Shown one piece after another: positions 48,977 to 58,423 of a DNA stretch of 64,000 nt. Origin of the DNA: Cyanophora paradoxa CCMP329 (lineage: Eukaryota > Plantae > Glaucophyta); the NCBI GenBank assembly GCA_004431415.1, contig QPMI01000572.1:356191-420190 (forward strand), written 5' to 3'. Position numbers and translations under genes: made by a program. Below the pieces are notes generated by a model. That model had not been told where the DNA came from, ran no database searches, and was given only the letters and a program-made list of their open reading frames with translations. Positions within the stretch are counted from its first letter, which is position 1. Every line of letters begins with the position of its first letter.

Positions 48977-51900
48977 TCAGAAGGCGGGGCGCGGGGGCGG
49001 GTAGGGCTCGGGGGAGGGCGTGTTGGGGAGGTCGGGGGCGCCGAAGGACATGGCGAGGGCGAACGAAGGCCCCCGGGCGGAGGGCAGCGGCTCGAGGTCG
49101 ACCACCGCCCCGTGGTCCCACTCCGCCCCCCCCAGCACCCGCCGGCCCCCCGGGGGCGGAGCCGCCCCCGCCGCCCCCGCCGCCGCGGGCGGGCCGGCAG
49201 CGCGGCCGCCGACTTGGGGACGCCGGCGCCGCGGACGGCCCAGAAGCGGGGCGAGGCGGCGTGGCTCGCCGGCGGCGCTGCTGCGGAAGCCGCGGCGGCC
49301 GCCGCGGCCTCGGCTCGGCGGCGGCGAGCTCGGGTGGGGCGCCCCCGCGTCCCCGCCTCCTCGTCGATGGCAGGCAGGCCCGCGGCGAGGCCGGCGCGCG
49401 CCCCGCCAGGAAGAGGCCGAGCCACGCGAGGGACTGCCCCAGCGAGCGCGCGCCCCGGTGGCCCTTGGTCGCCCCCGTCTCCCGCGTCCGCACCGAGGCG
49501 GCCGTCGTCAGCACCGTGACGCCCGTGCGCGGCGTGAGATCCGCCGGCTGGGGCAGCCCCGTGCGGGTGACGCCCATGAGGGGCCCCGCGCCCCGCGCCT
49601 CCGCCGCCGGCAGGCCGGCCGCCTCCTCGCCGCCGGCGTACCACGTGGCGAAGAGGACCGAGGCGTGTGCCCAGAGCGCGCAGAAGTGCGTCAACAGGCA
49701 CAGCTGCGCGGGGGTCGAATCAGCTCGGCTCAGCTGATCCTGAGCTTAGGGAAGGGAGGGCGGACGGAGAGGGAGAGGGCGAGGAGGCAGTTCATGGCGA
49801 AGGCTGTCTCCATGTGGCCGTACGCCGAGCCCGTCGGGCCGTCCACGCCCACCTGGCGGGCAGAGCGGCGTCAGGGGGGAGGGGAGGAGACGCGCGGGGG
49901 GTACAGGGCCCGCCTGCAGGACGAGGGCGCATATGGCCACCTCGCACGAGAGCGTGACGACCTGCCGGGCGGTGTTTGGGGGGGGGGGTACAGGAGGCGG
50001 GGCGATGGAGGGGTTACGAGCGCACGTGGACGAGGGCGAGGGGCCGGAAGCGGAGGGGGTTGGCGAAGAGGGTCCAGAGGAGGTGCAGGAGGGCGAGCAC
50101 GAGCACGAGCGCCGCCTGCGCACGAAGTCAGGGAGGGGTACGGGGCGGCAGGGGATGGGGGTACGCGACGGGCCTGGGTGGTGGGGCGCTCGGAGAGGAG
50201 GCCGAGGCAGAGGCAGGAGAGGGCCTGGCGGGTGGCGGCGACGCAGGCGGCGTAGGGGGCCGGGGGCACGGGGAGGGAGACGCGGCAGGAGCGCCATAGG
50301 GGCTTCAACGAGCCGTGGACGAAGTCCTGCACGAGGGGCGCCGCCCCCGCGAAGGACCAGGCGCGGCCCTCCGCAGGCACCCACTCCCCGCGCCGCAGCA
50401 GGGGGTCCAGCCTCGCCCGCGCCTGGGCGGGGCGCCTCAGCAAGGCGGAAGAAAGAAAGGAGTGCGGGAAGGGGCGCGCCCTGAAGACGAAGGAGGAGTA
50501 GCGGCGGGCCCAGCGGCGGAAGAAGCCGAGGAAGCCGGTCTCGCGGTCGACGAGGCGGCGGGGGACGCGCCGGCGCCGCGCCGCCTCGGCCAGGTCCGGC
50601 TCCTCCCACGCCGCCGCCTCCCGCGCCGCCCGCCGCTGGTACTTCTTCACCGCCCGCTGCGCCCGCCCCGGAACAGAACTAAGACTCGGATCTGTCAGAG
50701 CGGCATCGCTCGACTGGGAGGACCTGGCCCGGGGAGAGGTCGTCGTCGAGGTCGCCGGCGCGCCCCGCCTTGCGGCGCGCCCGCCCCAGCAGCCGGTCCA
50801 GCACGCGCCGCTTCTTCCGCCCCCGCCGCGGCTCCTGCGGGCGGGGATCAAATCTATCTGAAGGGAAGGGAAGGGAGGGGCGGGGCACCTTGCCCGGGGA
50901 GAGCGTGGGCATGCCGGCGTGGCGGAGGGTCGGGGAGGGCGAGGCCTCCCGCGGGATGGCGGCGGCGGGGCCGGCGAGCCCCCGCCGGGGGTCCCCAGGA
51001 AGGACCTGCGGCCCCGCCCCGCGTGAGCCAAGTCCGAGGACAAGCCAAGGCCAAGTCTGCTACAAGCTAAGGGGGCGCTAGCGCACGGGCTCTTCGCCGC
51101 GGACGGCGATCTCCTCGTCGATGTCGTCGGGCGGCTCCATCAGCCCCGCCGCCACCGCCGCCCGCCGCCACGCGTCGAACCCTGCCGCTCGGTTAGAGGG
51201 CTGCCTCCAGCCTTTCTAGCCTCTCTGGGAGGGCGGGGGCGGGGGCAGCGGCGGGTCGCAAGAAAGCACCCCAGGGGGGCTCGAGCCACAGGAAGTTGGC
51301 GTATCGCGAGGTGACGCGGTGGACGGCCGCCCAGAGGCCCGGAAGCGCGCCCGCGCAGAGCAGCACGAGGGCCGCGATGGCGCAGGGCCCCGCCGCCGAG
51401 CCGGCGGTCGTGTCCCGCGCCGCGTTCGCCGAGGAGAGGGCGAGAGGCGTAAAGAGGGCGAGGGCCGCCAGGAGCTCCGGGCCGGGGAAGGCGACCCGCT
51501 CCAGCAGGCGGAAGTTGCGCCGCCACATCAGCACCGAGAGCTGAGGGGGCGGGGGCGGATCGGGAAGGGGCGGAGGGGCGGGGTGGAAGGCGGGGGGGTA
51601 CGGCACCGCGAGGCTCATGTGGAGGAAGAAGACGCCGGCGGCGACGACGACGGCGTAGAAGAACGTTCCTGCGGGAGGAACGACCGTTCCCCGTTCGCCC
51701 CGATCGTGCGCGGCGGCGGCGCAGGGGGGGTGCGCGCGGGCGGACCGACGAAGACGTTGGCGGCGGAGTAGCGCGCGAGGGCGCGGGCGGTCGCGAGGCC
51801 GCCCGCGAAGGTGCCCTCCCCGGAGCGCTCGTCCAGCCTGCGCGGGCGGGGCGGCGTGAGGGGGGTACATCCAAGAGCGTGTGGGGGGTGCGGCGCACGA

Positions 51901-54900
51901 GGGGAAGCCGCCCTCGGAGGCGGTGGGGCCCCAGGGGGGGGAGAACTGAAGGTTCGTCCACGCGAGGGCCGCGGTGATGGGCTTGTAGTCCCGCGGCGCT
52001 GCGCCCCCCGGCCCGCTCGGGCCGCGGCCCGGGTACAAGAATGGCGCGGGAGGTACCGTGGGTCATGGAGCCGGAGAGGGAGAGGAACTGGGCGTGGTAC
52101 AGGATTCCCTGCAGGAGAGAGAGCGCGCGCGGGTTCGAATCCGTGCGGGAAAGAAAGAAGCCGAGGGCCAGAGTCGCGCACGAGGGTGTAGGAGGGGGAC
52201 CACCCCACGGAGGCGTAGGCGGGGAAGAGGGCCTGGGAAAACCCAGGGGTTCAAACGAAAGAACAGAGGGGCGACAGGGTAGGCGCTCGCTGGCTGGCTC
52301 GCCTGGAGGCCCCACATGATTGCGGTGGCGGCGACGGCGACGGCGAGGGCCGAGGCGACGGCGACGTTTAGGCGGTCCGCGGCCATCAGCGCCACCCGCC
52401 GCCTCCAGTCTGAGCGCGCCGGTCAGATCAGATCAGACTGCATCAGATCAGATCCGATCTGATCCAATCTGAGCGGCGCACTGGGGAGGACGCAGACGGC
52501 GCGGGAGACGTTGACGGAGGCCCCGTGCCAGTCCGTCGCCGTCAGCTGCTCAGATCAGATCAGATCAGACCAGATCAGATCGGAGCGGGGCGGGTCGGAC
52601 CGTGACGGTGTAGTTGCCGTCGCGGGTCGCCTCGAGGACGGCGACGTGCCGCTGCCCGCCCGTCCCCCGCGCCGCCTCGAGGCTCTCGTTCGGGGCGCGC
52701 GAGGCGAGCAGCGGCGTCTGCGGCGGCAGCGGCACCGCCTTGCCCCCGGGGAGCGTCACCGCGATCGGCGGCCGCGCGCTGGAGGAGACGTTCGAGGCGG
52801 AGGCGGCTGCCGCGGCGCCGGGGCTCCAGGATTCGAAGCGGAAGGCGTCCGCCGAGCCGCCCGAGAGGCGCCACTCGAGGCTCGGGTGCACCCCGAGGTT
52901 GCTCCTGCGGGCGGCTCGGCATGAAGGAAGGGCTCAGAGAGGCCGGGGAGCGCACCCGTCCTTGTTGGGGTCGAGGGCGCCGCCCCGGAGGACGATGGGG
53001 GCGAGGAGGGGGAAGTTCTGGCAGGGCGGGTCCGGGTCCGCCGCGATGTAGGGGGGGAAGTTCACTGCGCGCGCCGGTGGGCGGGGGGCGGCAAGGGGGG
53101 CGAGCGGGGGAGGGGCGGGGGGCTACCGCGCTGCACGGTGATGGTCTGCTCGGCCGAGCCGACGAAGCCGTCGTTGTCCTGGGGGTACAGGCGTCAGGTA
53201 GAGTAGCAGAGAGGGGAGCGGCCGGGCGCCCGGGCTCACAGTGATCGTGACTGTGATGCTGCGGGGCGGGGGGCGGGGACGGGAGTCAGAGCCCGCGGGT
53301 GCGGGAGGGGCACTCGGGGGGTACGACGTGCGCACAAAAAGGTGGAGTACAGGGTCGTGTCGCGGATGACGACGCGGGAGGAGTTGCCGAGGGGGTACAG
53401 GCTCAGGTCGGAGATGTAGGGGAGAGGCCGCCGGATCGTCTCGAGGTCGTACTCCGAGGAGGGGGCGCGGTACGTCCGGGACTGGTCGAGCGCGTACCCC
53501 GACCAGGCCCAGCGTGCGATGTACCCGTCCGGGTCGTAGGAGGGCCCCGCGTCGACGATGAAGGAGCCCTGCGTGTCCCACACGACGGCGCTCGGGCCCC
53601 CGGCGAAGGCCACAACGGGCACCGCGTTCGCTGCGGCGGGCAGCTCAGCCGGCGGCTCGGCTCGGCCCGGGCGAGGGCGGGGGCGGGGCGGGGCGGGGAG
53701 GCTCACCGGGGCGGGGCAGGAGGGAGGCGCGGGGAGGGCGGGACGATGGCCAGGCCCATGTCGAGCCCGGCGAGGGACCTGGGGGAGGCGGGCGGGCGGG
53801 CGGGCGGAGGGCGGGCGGGCGTCAGCGGGGCGCGCACGGCGGGGCGGGCGGAGGAGGCAAGGCGGCGCGCTCACACGGCGAGGGCGCCCTCCGTGGCGTT
53901 GTTCAGCTGAGCCTGCAGGGCCTCCCCCGCCACGCCCCCGAACAGCGGCGCCGCCTGCCCAAGCGTCGTCGTCGGCGTCGGCGTCGCCCGGGGCGTACGG
54001 CGGAGAGCCGCGGGGCCGCCCGCGCACCTGGAAGGAGGCGGCGAGGACGGACTGCGCCAGGCGCCGCCGCGTCGCCGTCGCCCCGCCCTCGTCCCGTTGC
54101 CCGACGACGACGCGGCGGTGCCGTTCCCGCCGCCGGCGCCGGCGCCGGCGCTGGGGAGGGCCGCGGCGCCGCCGCCGGCGCCGCCGGAGGCGGGGACTCC
54201 TCCGCGAGGCGAAGGTTCAGCACCTGCGCGGGGGGCGCCGGCGGCGCTCGGAGCGGAACGGGAGGAAGCAGGGGAGACGCGGCGGGGCGGCGCGCCTGCA
54301 GCGGGAGGAGCCCGAAGGGGCGCGCGAGGGCCGCCGTGAACGCCTCCCGCTGCGCGCCCCGCCGGCCGGCCGGTCCGCCCCTCAGCGACGGCGGAACGGG
54401 AGAGGAGGCGCGCGCGCGCACCGTGGGCCCCGGCGCGTTGATCGAGTTGACGGCCTGCGCGCCGGCGCTGAGCCGGGCCCGCCGGCGGGGGAGGATGGGG
54501 GGGCGGGACGGGGCGCATACCTGGGTCGCGTTCTCCAGCACCGAGAGCCGCACGCGCATCGAGACGACTGCGCCGACAGTTCAGCGGGCGGGCGGGCGGG
54601 CCGAAGCGAAGCGGATCGAATTCGGGCGGGGCGGGGCGGGGCGGGGCGGGGCGGGGCGGGGCGGGCGGACCCTGGTTGTAGCTGACGGTGAGGTTCATGC
54701 GAACCACTTTGACGAAGCGATCCGCGTCGGCGACGGTCAGCTTGAGCCAGTACCAGGCCGCCGTCGGCAGCGGCTCGAGCCGGCAGGTCGCCCTGTCCGT
54801 GTCCGCCAGGCGCAGCGGGGCGGTGCCGACGCCGGGCTCGAGCTCCCACTTGAACGACAGGTCGGCGAAGGACCCGTCGGGGTCGTAGGAGTCGGCGGCG

Positions 54901-55795
54901 GAGACGAAGAGCGGGCGGGTGCCGTCCGGCTCCTCTTTGATCGGGAGGGACACGGCGCCAGCCACGTACTCCTCGTAGTACTGCCCGGGGCTGTGAGCGC
55001 CGCGATGGGCGGGGCGGGGCGGGGCGCGTGCCGTGCCGATCTCCCGCGTCGTGATGGTGACCTGGCGCGTGCGGACGACCCGCGTGACGGCCATGCCGCG
55101 CGCCGCGCTGGGCGCCAGCGAGATGACCGGCTCGGGCGCTGCGCGCGCGCGTGCGGGCGCTCGGGACAGGGCGCCGGCGGATCCGGGGGCGGCCGGCGGC
55201 GCACGGGCGTTGAAGCGGAACTCGCGCTGCACGCAGACGCGGGTCCCGTCCACCATCTCCAGCGTCATGTTCGCGTACCCGTGCCTGGAGCCGCGCGTCG
55301 GCGGCGCTCGCAGGCGGGGCGGGGCGGGGCGGGGCGGGGCGGGCGGGGAGCGGGGCGGACCCGTAGACCCCCACGTCGAAGGTCTCGATGGTGAGGTTGC
55401 TGGGGTTGCGGCTGAAGAAGAAGGCTATCGTCTGCGTCCTGGAGGGCGTGATGAACTGTATGCGCTGCACCGCGGCGCCGACTTGCTGCCCCAGGAAGAG
55501 CAGCGTGATGCGGGTCCTCCCGTTGATGGTGGCGTTGTTGGGAGAGACCACGACGCGCCCCACGTCCGTGCAGAACGGCAGCGGCGTGGGCGTCGGCGAG
55601 GGCGCCGTGCTATTCGCCCCCGGGCCCGTACTGTTGGACGCCGCGGTGCTGTTGCTTGCGGGTGCGGGCGTGGGCGCTGCGGAGTGCGGTAAGTGGGCGG
55701 GCAGGGACGAGGTAAGCGTGTGGCGCACTTTGGGCCGCTGCGACCGAACAGCACAGGAACACGAGCGCCGCGGCCAGCGCGCGTGCGGGCGCCAT
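48977..55795 (-). CDS. Large membrane protein with signal peptide, PKD/REJ-like Ig ectodomain and a TRP-like (FLC/Pkd2-type) multi-pass C-terminal domain; multi-exon
   Basis: Signal MAPARALAAALVFLCCSVAAAQ and an Asn-Ser-Thr/Pro linker. PKD/REJ-like motifs SAADSYDPDGSFADLSFKWEL, DAGPSYDPDGYIARWAW and LTATDWHGASVNVS. TM region with ILYHAQFLSLSG, ALAWTNLQF and FFYAVVVAAGVFFLH. Likely stop TGA at 48977. Family assignment is from motif resemblance only. Confidence 0.65.
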
Positions 55796-56477
55796 CTCCG
55801 CTGTGTTTAGCTATGCTTTGCTATCCTAGTAATCCCGCGGCTCCATTAGTGTCGCCTGTCGTACTCGGCTCGAAAAAGAGTTTGGGGGTACGCGGACTCG
55901 CGTGAATTTGATCCGCCGCGATGGTCATGCGCAGCGCTCGCGCTAGCGCTGGCGCGGCCGCGGGCGCCGACACCGGCCAGCTGCGCGATGCAATGGCCAG
56001 ACGCACTACGTACGCGTACGAATATTAATGCAATATTGCAAGGGGGGAAGGGGCCCCCTTGCTACCCGTTCCCTTGCTTCAGCCAAAATTCTTCTATGAG
56101 GCCGTTTTCGAGGTCCAGTTTGCAACGCAGGAAAAAAATGAGTGGAAATTCGCTTGCAGCGACACGTGTTTGTCGCTGCGGCCGTCCATGCAAAAAGAGG
56201 TTTTTGAGGGCGAAGACCAGTTTTCCTCGACTTGACGCTTGCAAAAAATTGGAAACCAACTTGGCAACTTCTCTCTCATTCCGGTCTTCGAATTCCTTGC
56301 GCGATTCTGCATGGAACCAGTTCTCCCTATAGCTAGCTGTCTCCTCTAGATTTCGGCTAGCTCGTTGCGCGGTTCTGCATGGACTCGTTGGAGTTCTCCC
56401 TAGCTGTCTGATCTCACACCTTCCTCTTCCTCGCACTGCGATTGGCCCCCGCCACCTTCCTCACACCTCCCATCGAT

Positions 56478-56660
56478 CTAGATTTCCACTTCCTCGCACT
56501 GCGCCGCGTACGCCGCACGGAACCACTTCTCCCTAGCTGTCTTGCTCGTTCTCCTCTAGATTTCCGCCGCGTACGCCGCACGGAACCACTTCTCCCCAGC
56601 TGTCTTGCTCGATCTCCTCTAGATTTCAACTTCCTCGCAGTGCGCCGCGTACGCCGCACG
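56478..56660. repeat. Minisatellite of three ~63-78 bp units inside element B
   Basis: CTAGATTTC...CGCCGCGTACGCCGCACGG repeated three times. Confidence 0.88.
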
Positions 56661-57132
56661 GTACCCGCTTTTCACTGCATCAAGCTTGCCAGTTGCACCG
56701 CAGCACGTGCACGTGTATCGACGCCCGCGCAGCCCCGGGCCCGTGAGCCGGAGTGTCCCGTACCGCGTAGCTTTTCCTCGCGATCCAGCCTCTGCTCGCA
56801 GCCGCACCGCTAGCGCTGCGCCGACGTCGTTGGCGCCCCGGCGGCTGTCCCTTCGCGCCGGGCGGTCCGGACCCTCGAGTGTCGCCTCGGCTCCGCGCGT
56901 AACCGCCTCGGGCCTCCGCCAATCTTGCAAGCTGACCAGCTCTTGCGAGCGCATCAGCGGCAAACCGAGCGCTCGAATTGCGAATAACAAAGAGGGGCGC
57001 GTGGGCAGCTGCAGCGCGTGAACAGCGAGCAAGCGAGATCATTGCGTGTGCGAGAATTCGGGCGTTAACTGAGCTTCGGAACTGAGCTTAAGCAAAAGAA
57101 AGCGCCTCAGCAACGAACAAGAGAAAGCTAAC

Positions 57133-57408
57133 ATGCGACTAGGGCGCAAACCTGGTGCAGATCTAGAGCTGCCTGAAGGCATCGTTGAAGGCGTGAGCAT
57201 ACAGTTAGAGCGTTGCGGCACTGGGGCTTGCAACGGCGGGCTTTGCCTGCTTTGCCCAGCCGCGGCACGCAATCATTTCTGTAGGCGCGAAAATCTCTAC
57301 CGGCACGTCCGCAGTCATCAAAGCGGATTACGGGTGCGGCGTCCCAAGCAATGGGCCGGGGCAAAACGGTTTCTCATAAAGCGGCTTGCAGGGTCGTCCT
57401 CAACTTGA
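57133..57408 (+). CDS. Small zinc-finger ORF carried by element B
   Basis: MRLGRKPGAD...LERCGTGACNGGLCLLCPAAARNHFCRRENLYRHVRSH, a C2H2-like finger. Homologous to the element A ORF. Confidence 0.6.
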   Translation: MRLGRKPGADLELPEGIVEGVSIQLERCGTGACNGGLCLLCPAAARNHFCRRENLYRHVRSHQSGLRVRRPKQWAGAKRFLIKRLAGSSST

Positions 57409-58423
57409 ACCAAACGTCTCCATTGGCGGGGTTCCTGGCTCTCGATTCTATTCTCAGGTGCATTATTGCTGGCCTTTCATTGAGGCTTTGATCGCAGCAT
57501 CTGCTTAATGGGCCTTTTCTATTTTTTTCAAACACATATACTCTGTGTGTACCTTTACACTTCAACCTGCCGCGCGCGCTGGGCCGGGGTCGATCTAGAT
57601 CTGCCCCAAGCATGTCCGTCCCACTACGACTCTTTCATTAGATCCAGATTCCCCCCTTGCACCCCCGGCGCGCCAAAACGCGGCCGGGCCACTATTATTG
57701 CAATGCAGATATAATGTTTCAGTCATGCAACGTTAACAAGAATATCGCGTTTACTACGCGCAAAATATTAATATCATCATATGCTACGATCTGACTAGCT
57801 ATAGGATGCGTAGCAGAGTGCGCACTGCGGATCCCGAAATGCAGTGGAAAAAGATTAAGTGCCGTGGCTATCATAGTACGGCACTCAGTGACTCAGACTC
57901 TGAAGAGGTGTAGGTAGCGTTAAATTACTGCTGGGCTAGCCGCTATGAAGAATGTCAATTTCAACGCCATCCCCTGAATCTAGGGGATCAAGATTTACAA
58001 TAATAATCGAATGCCAATCCGGCATCTAAATCTAGATCTAATGTCACAAGTTTAACTCTCGATGAGATTCGATCTCAATACATGAACACACTGTGACAAA
58101 TTAATTGCAGCGATGCACCGAGTGCAGCGAGCGTTTTGAAACTGATTGCGATAAGAGCGATCATGAAAACTCTACATTTGGGGCCCTAAGGGTCTTTCTA
58201 AACTTAGATCTAGGTGTTCATTTATATGATTTCACTTGAAACCCGAATAGGATTACATGAAATTAGAAGCCTACAGAGCGCTACAGCTAGTCTAGTATGC
58301 ATGTAGGGAACCCACAGAAAGGTAAAGTAATGGAAAGGTTTACAGAGAGGCCCGCTGGGAATATGGGTTCACGCGCGGCGGCGGCGCGGGCCCCCGGGTT
58401 TGATTTGGAGCCTCGGAGCCAAC

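Larger units (their letters stand above)
56036..57697 (+). mobile_element. Non-autonomous Helitron2/Helentron-like rolling-circle element, copy B
   Basis: Perfect 13-bp asymmetric IR: TGCAAGGGGGGAA 56037-56049 / TTCCCCCCTTGCA 57649-57661. 5' hairpin GCAAGGGGG (56038-56046) / CCCCCTTGC (56054-56062). 3' GC hairpin at 57664-57688 directly after the IR. Exact 3' end uncertain. Confidence 0.72.

Noticed and set aside
56062-56436. 124-aa minus-strand ORF ending at the 5' hairpin of element B
   Set aside because: It is antisense to the element's zinc-finger ORF, has no recognisable motif and has no counterpart in element A.
56478-56660. Short repeats with intervening sequence resembling a CRISPR array
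   Set aside because: The intervening sequences are themselves repeated, no cas genes are present and the context is eukaryotic. This is a minisatellite.
38774-57697. Fanzor/TnpB or Rep-helicase coding capacity in the two hairpin-ended elements
   Set aside because: No RuvC, HUH/Y2 or helicase motifs were found in any listed frame, and the elements are too short.
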